A stretch of 64,000 bases of DNA from NCBI GenBank assembly GCA_043798165.1, contig JAZDOY010000034.1, positions 17,778 through 81,777 on the forward strand, written 5' to 3'. Position numbers and translations under genes: made by a program. Below, in pieces: positions 1 through 9,059 of this stretch. The stretch's first letter is position 1, and each line of letters begins with the position of its first letter. The stretch is from a bacterium (GTDB taxonomy: Bacteria > Patescibacteriota > Microgenomatia > UBA1406 > GWC2-37-13). The notes under the pieces were generated by a model. The model was not told where the DNA came from, did not search any database, and worked only from the letters and a program-made list of their open reading frames with translations.

Positions 1-61
1 AATTGGAATAGGCCAAATTCATCTGTCATTCTATATAGATGATCCAATTTGAGAGGCGGCA

Positions 62-1264
62 TCATAACTTGAGTAGATTTATATATTTTTCCGCAACATT
101 ACTCCAAAGCATATAGCGGGTTTTGTTATATGCATTTAAATGCATATGCTCGAGTCTTTTTTTATCATTTAGTAAATCTAATAATGCATTTGTTATTGCG
201 CAAGAATCTTTTATTGGAACCAATCTTCCAATGTCTCCTGTTACCACCTCTTTAGCTTGAGAAAACTGGGTACTTATAACAGCTCGTCCCGTCCCTAATG
301 CATACGAGAACGTACCACTCACCGCTTGATTTGGATTGGTAGAAGGGGAAATATAGAGGTCAGTTGCTTTTAAAAAAGCAAATAAATTGGGTAAACTTAA
401 ATATTGGTCATAAAATTTTACATGTTTCTGGAGGCCCAATTTCTTGACTAGCTTTATGAGTTCTATACGATATTCTTCTCCTTCGTTTCTTCGAATTACA
501 GGATGAGTTTCTCCGAGCACGAGATATAATAGGGATGGATGCTTTTTTATAACCGTAGGCAGCGCATTAATAACATATTCAATACCTTTACCGCGACTAA
601 GGAGTCCAAATGTTGTCAAAATGGTACGCTTTTGTAGCTCTAGCTTTGCCTTATATTTTTTTTGTAACGAAAATTCAGTTGGATGAATGCCGTGTGGAAT
701 AACAAATGTTTTACCAATACTTCTGGGATACATCTGCTCAACCATTTCTTTTGAACGCTCCGTAAGAACAACGAGCGTATCTGCTCGTTTCACAATGTCT
801 TCCGTAACTTCCTTCATCTGGGGAAGGGGGGAAGGGAGGATTGTGTGGAGCGTTACAAGAATAGGTTTTGTACATTGTTGCATAAAATACAAAATCTTAT
901 TTCCTTCTAATCCTCCGAAAATACCATATTCATGTTGTATTATTATTCCTACAACATTCACATCATCGTTTAGTGTTTTTGCAAGTTTTATATATTCCTT
1001 TTTACTATTTTGATCAATTTCCCATGCCACTTCTTTGGGATATTTATATGTATCAAGTGGGGTAAGATTAAAAGCGGCAACTTTGCATTGAATGCGATCT
1101 CCAAGAAATTTTGCGCAATACAAGAGCAAATCCTGAGTAAATGTCGCTATTCCGCATTCACGTGGAGGATATGTACTTAAAAAAACAATAGTAGACTTCT
1201 TTTTCGCGGGTATGATGGTATCAATTATACTCCTTTTAAATGGGTGACTGGTAAGGAGGATCAT
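62..1264 (-). CDS. GT4-family (group 1) glycosyltransferase
   Basis: 400-aa ORF. It has the N-terminal FLSTYPPRECGIATFTQDL motif and a GT-B layout typical of GT4 glycosyl/mannosyltransferases. The exact start is uncertain because it lies very close to the divergent neighbour. Confidence 0.8.
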   Translation of the reverse strand: MILLTSHPFKRSIIDTIIPAKKKSTIVFLSTYPPRECGIATFTQDLLLYCAKFLGDRIQCKVAAFNLTPLDTYKYPKEVAWEIDQNSKKEYIKLAKTLNDDVNVVGIIIQHEYGIFGGLEGNKILYFMQQCTKPILVTLHTILPSPLPQMKEVTEDIVKRADTLVVLTERSKEMVEQMYPRSIGKTFVIPHGIHPTEFSLQKKYKAKLELQKRTILTTFGLLSRGKGIEYVINALPTVIKKHPSLLYLVLGETHPVIRRNEGEEYRIELIKLVKKLGLQKHVKFYDQYLSLPNLFAFLKATDLYISPSTNPNQAVSGTFSYALGTGRAVISTQFSQAKEVVTGDIGRLVPIKDSCAITNALLDLLNDKKRLEHMHLNAYNKTRYMLWSNVAEKYINLLKL

Positions 1265-1288
1265 AAATCAAAATGGTATACTGCTTCC

Positions 1289-1876
1289 ATGGACCATATA
1301 CCAGATAAAATCACGTCTTTTTATAAAGAAACATTTACAGGAATAACCCTTACCAGTCAGAAAATTAAGAATAAAGAATTTGAAAATTGTACTTTTGAAA
1401 AATGCATATTTATAGAGTGTGTATTTGATACCTGTCGATTTATTGACAGCAGTTTTTCTGGATGTTCAATAAGTGCAAATAAACCATACAACTCTCAATT
1501 TATTAATATCTCATTTGAAGATTCTAAGATAATGGGATTTGACTGGACAAAAGCTAAAAGTATTCGTTTACTGTCCTTTAAACGATGCGATATAAGTTAT
1601 TCCAACTTTAGTTACATAAAACTGCCCGATCTTAAAATAGTAGAATGTGCAGCCAAGGAAGTTAACTTCAATGAGGCTGATTTAACAAATGGAATATTTA
1701 CCAAAACCGACTTTTCAAAATCAGTATTTTCCAGTACCAATCTAACAAAAGCTGATTTTAGAAAAGCATTCAATTATTGTATTGATTTTACCTTTAATAC
1801 AGTAAAAAAAGCGAAATTTTCCCTTCCCGAAGCTACTTCATTATTAAGAAGCCTCGACATCGTGCTTAAAGAATAA
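1289..1876 (+). CDS. pentapeptide-repeat protein (Qnr/MfpA-sized)
   Basis: Contiguous pentapeptide repeats are visible (FENCTFEKCIFIECVFDTCRFIDSSFSGC; EADLTNGIFTKTDFSKSVFSSTNLTKADF). The start was moved to ATG 1289 (MDHIPDK) to avoid overlap with the divergent GT4 start. Confidence 0.8.
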   Translation: MDHIPDKITSFYKETFTGITLTSQKIKNKEFENCTFEKCIFIECVFDTCRFIDSSFSGCSISANKPYNSQFINISFEDSKIMGFDWTKAKSIRLLSFKRCDISYSNFSYIKLPDLKIVECAAKEVNFNEADLTNGIFTKTDFSKSVFSSTNLTKADFRKAFNYCIDFTFNTVKKAKFSLPEATSLLRSLDIVLKE

Positions 1877-1940
1877 GCATTTTTGGGTTTTCAGGTATGG
1901 TCAAATAGACCGTTTCCTTGTATAATAGGGAGTTGTGATT

Positions 1941-2019
1941 GGTGACTGTAGCTCAACCTGGTTAGAGCGTCGCCCTGTGGAGGCGAATGTTGCGGGTTCA
2001 ACTCCCGTCAGTCACCCCA
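1941..2019 (+). tRNA. tRNA-His (anticodon GUG), CCA encoded
   Basis: Cloverleaf read by eye. There is an extra 5' G(-1) opposite discriminator C. The acceptor is GTGACTG/CAGTCAC and the D stem is GCTC/GAGC. The anticodon stem is TCGCC/GGCGA with loop CTGTGGA. The T arm is GCGGG-TTCAACT-CCCGT, followed by CCA at 2017-2019. Confidence 0.9.
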
Positions 2020-2084
2020 AAGCAGGTAAAGCTCCCATACAAACTAAAACGAAAAATATTCTCACCTATCGTTCAGGGGGGATG

Positions 2085-2756
2085 TCATGACACAAACTCA
2101 AGTTCGTCGAAGTTATTTATAAAATAATCTGCCCTTAATCTTTCTCGTGATTCGCCGGAAAGAACTCCAATAGATGTCATACCCGCCTGATGGGCAGCTG
2201 ATATCCCGCTCACTGAATCTTCAAAAACAACACATTCAGGAGGCCTCAAATGCAGTCTTTCAGCCGCTGTGAGAAAAATTTCGGGATTTGGCTTTCCTTT
2301 TGTAACTTCATCTCCACAAACGGTTACTTGAAAATAGCCATCAATGTGGAGCGATTTTAAAATAAGATCCATATTAACTTTTGTAGCAGAAGTGGCAACG
2401 GCCAGGCAAATACCATTATCTTTAAAATAGTTGAGCGTGTCGATGAGCCCCTTGATTGGTTTTATTTTTTTTGTATACATATTTCTATACAACTGTTCTT
2501 TTTCACTTCCATATTGTTTAATCAAATCCTTTGAAATAATGCCAAAAACCTCCCGAAGAATTTCATCATTTCTTTTTCCTCCCTGGGTAAGAAGCCGTAA
2601 TATATCCTTTGTTATTCGCAATTGGTGAATATTATAAAACATTTTCCAAGCTTTTTTGTGATACTCCATATTATCAACCATCGTTCCATCTATATCGAAA
2701 ATAGCAGCTTTAATAGTGGTGAGGGGAACTACTACCTTTGAATTTGTTTTTGGCAT
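2085..2756 (-). CDS. HAD-superfamily hydrolase (beta-phosphoglucomutase-like subfamily)
   Basis: Carries HAD motif I (IFDIDGTMVDN), the motif GKPNPEIFL and motif IV (VFEDSVSGISAAHQAGM). Confidence 0.8.
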   Translation of the reverse strand: MPKTNSKVVVPLTTIKAAIFDIDGTMVDNMEYHKKAWKMFYNIHQLRITKDILRLLTQGGKRNDEILREVFGIISKDLIKQYGSEKEQLYRNMYTKKIKPIKGLIDTLNYFKDNGICLAVATSATKVNMDLILKSLHIDGYFQVTVCGDEVTKGKPNPEIFLTAAERLHLRPPECVVFEDSVSGISAAHQAGMTSIGVLSGESRERLRADYFINNFDELEFVS

Positions 2757-2862
2757 TCATTATTATATCAACCGGATTTGCGAATTGTTCATACAGACAC
2801 CCAATCAGAACAACATATTGAGTAATGAAGTTTTTCATTCGGGAATATGATATAACATTTGT

Positions 2863-3288
2863 ATGAAACTGAAACAAATTGAGGAAATTGCCACACGACA
2901 AATACCCCTTTGGCAACCGGCTCTTCTTATCGCTCTTCTTTTTTTAGGCTATTTTGTCGTTCCGCTTATCGCAAAAAATACTCCAATACCTGCAAAAAAA
3001 AGCAAATCAATTGGCTCTACATTGGGAGTAGAAGTCATTAAAAAGCAACTCAATGAAGGAATGAATACCGTTGTAAAGCCAGCGGCAGACCAACTCCAAA
3101 AGGAGGCAGGAGTAGTCCTGGGCCTCGCTCAACAAACAGTTCAACAAACGGTACAAAACATTGCCTCAACTTCGGCAAACCAAGCAAAAGAATTTGTATT
3201 TGACAATACGTTGGGGAAAGTCCTTGAAAACATTAACACCCTTCCCAAAGACCAACAAGACCTCATAAAAAAAGCAATTTGCAAATAA
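2863..3288 (+). CDS. hypothetical membrane-anchored protein
   Basis: 141-aa ORF with one N-terminal hydrophobic helix (ALLIALLFLGYFVVPLI) and a Q-rich soluble part. No recognisable family. Confidence 0.4.
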   Translation: MKLKQIEEIATRQIPLWQPALLIALLFLGYFVVPLIAKNTPIPAKKSKSIGSTLGVEVIKKQLNEGMNTVVKPAADQLQKEAGVVLGLAQQTVQQTVQNIASTSANQAKEFVFDNTLGKVLENINTLPKDQQDLIKKAICK

Positions 3289-3316
3289 CAGGTCGTTTTG
3301 GTATCTTTATACCACT

Positions 3317-3958
3317 ATGGAAATAAAATATCTTTCTCACTCATCTTTTCTCATTAGAACAAAAGATGCGAAAGTGGTCATGGACCCCTTTGATCCTAAA
3401 TTTGTGGGACTGAAGTTTTCCAGACAAGAAGCAGATGTCGTCACCATTTCTCATTCGCATAAAGATCATTCTCACACTGAGCTCATTGAAGGAGCACCAT
3501 TAATTCTCACCTGGCCCGGCCAGTTTGAAAAGAAAGGTGTTCGCATCTGGGGATTTAACTCCTATCACGATAAAGTAGAAGGGAAGGAACGAGGAGAAAA
3601 CGTGATGTATAAAATTGAATCAGAAGGGGTATCAGTTCTTCACTGTGGGGACTTAGGCGTGGTGCCAACAGATGCTCAGATTGACGATATTGGTGATGTA
3701 GATGTTCTTTTAGTCCCCGTTGGAGGAAAATATACAATCACCGCCGATGAAGCACTTCAACTGATAAAAAAGGTTGAACCGGCAATTGTCATCCCAATGC
3801 ATTATGGACGCCCCGATATAGCACTTGAAGGACTCGCTCCTCTTGAAGAATTCTTGAAAAAAATGGGAGGAGAACCAATTGAACCGCTTGATAAACTTGT
3901 GGTAAAAAAAGAAGACTTTGCACTAGATACCGCGATGCGAGTAGTTGTATTGAAATAA
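3317..3958 (+). CDS. MBL-fold metallo-hydrolase (UPF0173-like)
   Basis: Has the HSHKDHSH metal-binding motif. Later His/Asp positions (HCGDLG, PMHYG) are typical of the metallo-beta-lactamase fold. Confidence 0.75.
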   Translation: MEIKYLSHSSFLIRTKDAKVVMDPFDPKFVGLKFSRQEADVVTISHSHKDHSHTELIEGAPLILTWPGQFEKKGVRIWGFNSYHDKVEGKERGENVMYKIESEGVSVLHCGDLGVVPTDAQIDDIGDVDVLLVPVGGKYTITADEALQLIKKVEPAIVIPMHYGRPDIALEGLAPLEEFLKKMGGEPIEPLDKLVVKKEDFALDTAMRVVVLK

Positions 3959-3998
3959 GATTGGATTTTTATTTTATATTTGATATTTATAATCAATT

Positions 3999-5351
3999 AT
4001 GTCCTCGTCCGCTTCGCTAGCTCTGCGTGTCCCCCCACAGGATCTTGATGCAGAAAAATCAGTATTAGGAGCAATTCTCGTTGATTCCTCTGCAATAATC
4101 CTGGTTGCTGAATTCCTTCACATTAGTCATTTCTATGTTCGGAGCCATCAGCTTATCTATTCTGCAATGTTGGAATTATTTGAACAACAACAACCAATTG
4201 ATGTCATTACGCTCAAAAACCAGCTTCAAAAGAATGGGAGCATAAAAGATGCTGGTGGGGCTCCATACCTTTCCGATCTTATTAGCGCCGTACCCACTTC
4301 TGCAAATATTGAAAACTATGCACACATAGTCAAGGATCAATGCACCAAACGAAGACTCATTGAGCTTGCCTCACGCACCGCAGAACAGGCATTTAACGAA
4401 ACGGGAGATATTAAACAAATGTTAGACGAAGTCGAATCAGACATTTTTGCTATTGCACAGTCACAATCTCATCGTGATTTTATCGAATTAAAAGAGATTG
4501 TAGCAAACAGCTTTGAACGACTTGAGGAATTTATGAAGAATGGATCCGGTATGCGAGGAGTGCCAACAGGATTTATAGATCTTGATAACAAACTAGCAGG
4601 AATGCAAGCTTCAAATCTTCTCATATTGGCAGCACGACCTGGTATTGGAAAGACCACCTTTGCACTCAATATAGCCTCAAATGTTGCATTGAAAGCCAAA
4701 AAAGGGGTGGGATTTTTTTCTCTGGAAATGAGCAAGGAAGAGCTTGTTGATCGTTTGCTCGTTGGACAAGCAGACATTGATGCATGGCGACTCAAAACCG
4801 GAAAACTTTCCGATGACGACTACAGACGTCTTACTCAGGCAATGGGGGAGCTATCTGAAGCTCCCATCTATATTGATGATACACCCGGCCTCTCAATTCT
4901 TGAGATGCGTACCAAGGCTCGAAAACTTAAAGCAGAAAAAGACATAAACCTAATCGTTGTTGACTATCTTCAGCTTGCAGATGCGGGTAAGCGTTTTGAA
5001 TCACGTGTACAGGAAGTATCATTTGTCTCTCAAGGCCTGAAAAATCTTGCCCGTGAGCTAAAAATCCCCGTACTTGCACTTTCCCAGTTATCACGAGCAG
5101 TAGAGCAACGAGGAACAAAAAAACCACAACTTGCAGACCTTCGTGAATCTGGCGCCATTGAACAGGATGCGGACGTGGTAATGTTTTTATATTATGAAGA
5201 CGAAAGTGAAGACTTATTGAATGCAAGTAAGCGCATGGTAAAACTCTATATGGCAAAACACCGAAACGGTTCAACAGGTGAAATGGACCTGATGTTTCGT
5301 GGTGATCGCGTAAAATTCTACTCTATCGATAAAAGTACGATTACCGTATAA
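3999..5351 (+). CDS. dnaB: replicative DNA helicase DnaB
   Basis: 450 aa. The N-terminal DnaB domain is present (PPQDLDAEKSVLGAIL). Walker A is ARPGIGKTTFALN and the RecA-like C-terminal motifs are present (DYLQL, SQLSRAVEQR, LRESGAIEQDAD). Confidence 0.95.
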   Translation: MSSSASLALRVPPQDLDAEKSVLGAILVDSSAIILVAEFLHISHFYVRSHQLIYSAMLELFEQQQPIDVITLKNQLQKNGSIKDAGGAPYLSDLISAVPTSANIENYAHIVKDQCTKRRLIELASRTAEQAFNETGDIKQMLDEVESDIFAIAQSQSHRDFIELKEIVANSFERLEEFMKNGSGMRGVPTGFIDLDNKLAGMQASNLLILAARPGIGKTTFALNIASNVALKAKKGVGFFSLEMSKEELVDRLLVGQADIDAWRLKTGKLSDDDYRRLTQAMGELSEAPIYIDDTPGLSILEMRTKARKLKAEKDINLIVVDYLQLADAGKRFESRVQEVSFVSQGLKNLARELKIPVLALSQLSRAVEQRGTKKPQLADLRESGAIEQDADVVMFLYYEDESEDLLNASKRMVKLYMAKHRNGSTGEMDLMFRGDRVKFYSIDKSTITV

Positions 5352-5384
5352 TGTCATTGTTATCATTTCATTTTTTATCCGATT

Positions 5385-5633
5385 ATGCCACGACTTATTG
5401 TTAAAACCGCAAAAGGGCCACTGGAAATCATGCCATCTGAAAAACCAATTCATATTTGCATGTGTGGACTGTCGAAGAATCAACCTTTCTGTGATGGATC
5501 ACATATGGCAACTCTTGATGAAAAAGATGATGAGATATACGAATATGATGAAAAAGGGAAAAGAGTTGAATGTTGCGGAGGAGATAAAGATGGGGAATGT
5601 TGTGGAGGAGAATGTGGGGGAAAAGCCCAATAA
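5385..5633 (+). CDS. CDGSH iron-sulfur domain protein with Cys/Gly-rich C-terminal tail
   Basis: The motif CMCGLSKNQPFCDGSH matches the C-x-C-x2-S-x5-P-x-CDGSH signature. The tail reads ECCGGDKDGECCGGECGG. Confidence 0.75.
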   Translation: MPRLIVKTAKGPLEIMPSEKPIHICMCGLSKNQPFCDGSHMATLDEKDDEIYEYDEKGKRVECCGGDKDGECCGGECGGKAQ

Positions 5634-5654
5634 AAATTTAACGAAATAGATTCC

Positions 5655-5753
5655 GTCACTCGTAATTTCCCCCGTCAGTGCTCCAAAACCTCCAGGTAGC
5701 CTGCTGGCTTGGAGTTTTGTGCGCGCTGCCGGGTACCCTTTACTCGTGCCACC
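5655..5753. other. GC-rich extended imperfect hairpin; candidate small structured RNA or 3'/5' UTR element
   Basis: The intergenic stretch is much more GC-rich than its flanks. The central hairpin is CCAAAACCTCC-AGGT-AGCC/tgct/GGCT-T-GGAGTTTTG (5683-5719). It is extended outward by the pairings CAGTGC/GCGCTG, CCCG/CGGG and GTAA/TTAC. No family was recognised. Confidence 0.25.
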
Positions 5754-5779
5754 TATTTCGTTTGATTGTTTAACTGTCA

Positions 5780-6424
5780 ATGCAAAACAAAAAATATATT
5801 ATTTTCGACTTCGATGGGACGATAGCAGACAGTATTCCCGTTATGTTTACGATCACTCAAGAGATAGCAAAAGAGGCTGGGTACAGCCGCCCGATCACCC
5901 AGGCAGACTGGGATTGGGTGCGAGAACATGAACTTAAGGATATCCTGGGAAAATTCAATATCCCGCTTATCAAAATCCCCTACATCCTTCTTGAGGGGAG
6001 AAATAAAATGAAAAAACAGATGTATTCTGTCCCTCCGTGTAAAGGAATGATCGATGCCTTGAAAAAACTTAAAAAAGATAAATACGAACTTGCTGTTCTG
6101 TCTTCCAGCAGTCGCGATTTGATACAGGAGTTTATCCTCAAAAATGATATCGTATCGCTTTTCGATTTCGTGCATAGCGAGCTCAATCTTTTTGGGAAAG
6201 ATAAAGCACTCCTCTCCCTTCTCAAACAGTTCAAAATGCCCATAGAGCAGTCAATTTATGTGGGAGATGAAATGAGGGATATCGATGCATGCAAAAAAAT
6301 AAAACTTGACTGCATCTCCGTGGGATGGGGATTAAATTCAATCAACGCTCTTCAACAACATGGGGCACAATGGACCGTCACAAAGCCTCAAGATATAATT
6401 GGTCTCCTGAACGTTATTAAATAA
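5780..6424 (+). CDS. HAD-superfamily phosphatase (phosphoglycolate phosphatase-like)
   Basis: Carries motif I (IIFDFDGTIADS), a conserved LSSSS block and the distal motif VGDEMRDIDA. Confidence 0.75.
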   Translation: MQNKKYIIFDFDGTIADSIPVMFTITQEIAKEAGYSRPITQADWDWVREHELKDILGKFNIPLIKIPYILLEGRNKMKKQMYSVPPCKGMIDALKKLKKDKYELAVLSSSSRDLIQEFILKNDIVSLFDFVHSELNLFGKDKALLSLLKQFKMPIEQSIYVGDEMRDIDACKKIKLDCISVGWGLNSINALQQHGAQWTVTKPQDIIGLLNVIK

Positions 6425-6535
6425 CAAATTACAAATTTCAAATAACTAATCAATAACAAATAACCAATTTCAAATTTTTTGTGATTTGTAATTTATGCCT
6501 GATTTGTTATTTGTGATTTGAATTTTGTCATTCGT
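6424..6535. repeat. AT-rich inverted block of short CAAAT-type repeats at a convergent gene junction (probable bidirectional terminator region)
   Basis: Perfect inverted pairs are aaattacaaat (6426-6436) with atttgtaattt (6484-6494), and aataacaaat (6452-6461) with atttgttatt (6502-6511). The right block is translated as the low-complexity C-terminus of ORF 6470-7078. Confidence 0.5.
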
Positions 6536-7078
6536 ATATTTGTATATTTTGTGTACACCTTCTTTTATTCCCTCCTTATATTTTTGAAGACACTTTACTT
6601 GGTAGAAATATGACACAAGATTAAATGTTTCCATCTGTTTAGTGATATTTGCGACAGTCTTTTCGATAAACCATGGAGAGATATAGATGTAAAAAGTAAT
6701 GAGTGAATGGTGGCTAGTAACTAATGATGAATAGTCCATTGAAAACATGTTTGTATTCACAATTTGTATATTTTTTCGATTGGGATGGAAAAAACACCGC
6801 GTGTAAAGAACAAGGAGTAGTACCGGATTAATTTCCACTGCGATAAATTGTGTATTTAGTTTGTTCTGATATGCTTTTTCTGCAGCTTTCAAGATTACAA
6901 TACCATCACCGGCACCCAGGTCGATGACTGTTTGATTGTTGTGTGTGCTTAACGCATCTAGAATGAGTGGTAAGTCTTTTATATTTGAAGGGAAGTAGGG
7001 AATGGGAGAGAATTGGGGGAAGGAGAAGAGGATGACAATGATAAACAAAAAAACAACAAATGCAATAATTAAATACAT
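6470..7078 (-). CDS. class I SAM-dependent methyltransferase with N-terminal membrane anchor
   Basis: Has SAM motif I (VIDLGAGDGIVILKAA) followed by AVEINP, and an N-terminal hydrophobic helix. Confidence 0.65.
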   Translation of the reverse strand: MYLIIAFVVFLFIIVILFSFPQFSPIPYFPSNIKDLPLILDALSTHNNQTVIDLGAGDGIVILKAAEKAYQNKLNTQFIAVEINPVLLLVLYTRCFFHPNRKNIQIVNTNMFSMDYSSLVTSHHSLITFYIYISPWFIEKTVANITKQMETFNLVSYFYQVKCLQKYKEGIKEGVHKIYKYTNDKIQITNNKSGINYKSQKI

Positions 7079-7118
7079 GAAATAATCATATCAAATGTCG
7101 GTGGTATACTATTGCTAT

Positions 7119-8831
7119 ATGAAAAAAAATGTACTAATAACTTTTTTTATGGCGGTCATAATAGTTATATTTTCTCCTCTCGTTTATGCCGAAGTTGTCC
7201 GTAGCTATGACACCCAAATTACCCTTCAAAAGGATGGAAGCATTCAAGTGAAGGAAAAGATAAACTATGACTTTGAAGATGCGTATAAACACGGCATTTA
7301 CCGGGAAATTCCTGTTATAAAAAAGAACAGTGATAATAAAGAATATGAGCTTTCTGTGCAGGTAGAAAGCGTGAAAAATGAACAGGGAACGGCATATAAT
7401 TATTCGGAGTCGCGGGTAAACAACAAACTGCGTATTAAAGTTGGCGATGCAAACAGGACAATTACTGGTCTTCACAGCTACATCATAAGCTATCTTGTTA
7501 GGGGAGCATTAACCTATTATTCAGACCACGACGAACTATATTGGAATAGCACAGGAAACGATTGGGTGATAAATCTTGAAAATGTGAATGCTACCGTACG
7601 CTTTCCTGAAGGAATACCAATGAGTTCGGTGAAGACTATTTGTTATACCGGCACCATCGGAAGTACGGCACAAGAATGCACCGTCAAACCAGAAAACAAC
7701 AGTACTTCTATTACAACTGCGCACCTTGAAGCAGGGAGCGGGCTTACTCTTGTGGTAAGTTTTCCCAAAGGGCTCGTGGCAATCCTTGAACCAAAGCCCT
7801 ACATCGCATTTGAAGATACATGGTATGGGAAGCTCATTTTAGGTGTTTTTTTTACCGTCCTGGGAATACTGGCTTTCATCTGGTATTTTGTTTTGCCCAT
7901 TTATATTCCTGTAAGATGGTATCTTACAGGTCGTGATCCTGCCTCTCAAAACGTACGGGTGTGGTATGATCCACCCAAAACAAAAAAAGGGCGTGAACTT
8001 ACCCCCGCTGAGACAGGAACATTAATTGATGAAACTGCGGATATAAAGGATATTTTTGGGTCTCTTATCCAGCTTGCAGAACGGGGATATCTTTCCATTT
8101 CCGAGGTAAAAAAAGGCGAATTTACGCTTGTTGAGGGAAAACCTGCTGGAGAAGAACTCCTTCCTTTTGAAAAAAAACTATTAAGTTCTATTTTCAAGGA
8201 TAAAAACGAGGTACAAGTGAAAGATATAAAAATTGCAGAAGAATTATCGGATATATCAAAAAAACTTTATGCCCAGGTTGTTCAGGATGAGTTTTTCCCG
8301 GAAAACCCCAATTCTGTACGCACAATGTATTATGCCCTTGCGGGACTGGCCCTGTTTACCGGTAATATTTTCCTGGGGATAATTGCCTTTCTTTTTGGCA
8401 AAAATATGCCCAGAAAAACAGAGTATGGAGCACAACAGGCAAGCATAGCAAAATCACTTAAAACATTTCTTACTTCCCAAGAGCGACAAATAGAATTTCA
8501 AGCGAAGAATCAAACCCGCCTGCCATCGCTAGGCTCAGGCATTAGCGGGCAGGTGATGTTCGAAAAACTATTGCCATACGCAATTGCGTTTGGTGTAGAA
8601 AAAATATGGGTAGAACGGTTTAAAGACATGTCCCTAGCCAACCCAAGTTGGTATACAGGTTATAACAATTCTGCCTTCAACGCGATATATTTTGCCAATA
8701 CCATGCACCGCTCGGTATCAACCTTTACGACAGCAATGACGCCGACTCATTCCAGTTCAGGCTTTTCTTCAGGCTTTAGTGGGGGATTTTCAGGAGGCGG
8801 TGGCGGAGGAGGGGGAGGGGGAAGTTGGTAA
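7119..8831 (+). CDS. DUF2207-like membrane protein with poly-Gly C-terminus
   Basis: The architecture is a signal/TM segment, a beta-rich N-domain, internal TM helices and the terminal tail SSGFSSGFSGGFSGGGGGGGGGGSW. As I recall, this is characteristic of the DUF2207 family. The start was set to MKKNVL. Confidence 0.7.
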   Translation: MKKNVLITFFMAVIIVIFSPLVYAEVVRSYDTQITLQKDGSIQVKEKINYDFEDAYKHGIYREIPVIKKNSDNKEYELSVQVESVKNEQGTAYNYSESRVNNKLRIKVGDANRTITGLHSYIISYLVRGALTYYSDHDELYWNSTGNDWVINLENVNATVRFPEGIPMSSVKTICYTGTIGSTAQECTVKPENNSTSITTAHLEAGSGLTLVVSFPKGLVAILEPKPYIAFEDTWYGKLILGVFFTVLGILAFIWYFVLPIYIPVRWYLTGRDPASQNVRVWYDPPKTKKGRELTPAETGTLIDETADIKDIFGSLIQLAERGYLSISEVKKGEFTLVEGKPAGEELLPFEKKLLSSIFKDKNEVQVKDIKIAEELSDISKKLYAQVVQDEFFPENPNSVRTMYYALAGLALFTGNIFLGIIAFLFGKNMPRKTEYGAQQASIAKSLKTFLTSQERQIEFQAKNQTRLPSLGSGISGQVMFEKLLPYAIAFGVEKIWVERFKDMSLANPSWYTGYNNSAFNAIYFANTMHRSVSTFTTAMTPTHSSSGFSSGFSGGFSGGGGGGGGGGSW

Positions 8832-8834
8832 GTG

Positions 8835-8917
8835 TGCCGGGAGAGGGAGTCGGACCCTCACGAGGTTGCCCTCACTAGTTTTTGAGACTAGCCTGTCTGC
8901 CATTTCAGCACCCCGGC
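8835..8917 (-). tRNA. tRNA-Leu (anticodon CAA), class II with long variable arm
   Basis: The reverse complement folds as a cloverleaf. The acceptor is GCCGGGG/TCCCGGC. The anticodon stem is CTAGT/ACTAG with loop CTCAAAA. The variable arm is GAGG-GCAA-CCTC and the T stem is GAGGG/CCCTC. Caveat: the T-loop reads TCCGACT, with C at the normally invariant U55. No CCA is encoded. Confidence 0.8.
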
Positions 8918-8949
8918 AATTTCAAACTCTTTGAACCTACCTATCTCCA

Positions 8950-9059
8950 TGTCTGCCCCCCTTCAGGGACTAACTGCGTTGAGCCCCCTTCGGGGACTAA
9001 CTCGCTGTAAATCCTCGCTTCGCATCGGAAACAGCGAGTTGAGCATTTCAGCACCCGGC
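8950..9059 (-). pseudogene. duplicated 5' fragment of tRNA-Leu (acceptor + D arm), interrupted by an 87-nt insert
   Basis: On the minus strand, GCCGGGTGCTGAAATG (9059-9044) and GCAGACA (8956-8950) together match the first 24 nt of the adjacent tRNA-Leu at 23 positions, with one G missing. No anticodon, variable or T arm follows. Confidence 0.45.

Noticed and set aside
5398-5649. Alternative 83-aa ORF overlapping the CDGSH gene in another frame.
   Set aside because: The frame at 5385-5633 carries the exact CDGSH signature. The overlapping frame has no recognisable features.
5655-5753. SRP (4.5S) RNA call for the GC-rich extended hairpin.
   Set aside because: The long-hairpin architecture fits. 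However, neither strand shows the conserved domain IV core, that is the AGG/AGCA symmetric loop flanking a GNRA-closed helix. The apical loop is UGCU or AGCA instead.
8756-8828. The (GGN)n tract at the 3' end of the DUF2207-like gene, considered as a slipped-strand phase-variation repeat.
   Set aside because: Gly-rich tails are a normal family feature as far as I recall. The tract is made of mixed GGA, GGC, GGG and GGT codons rather than a pure homopolymer.
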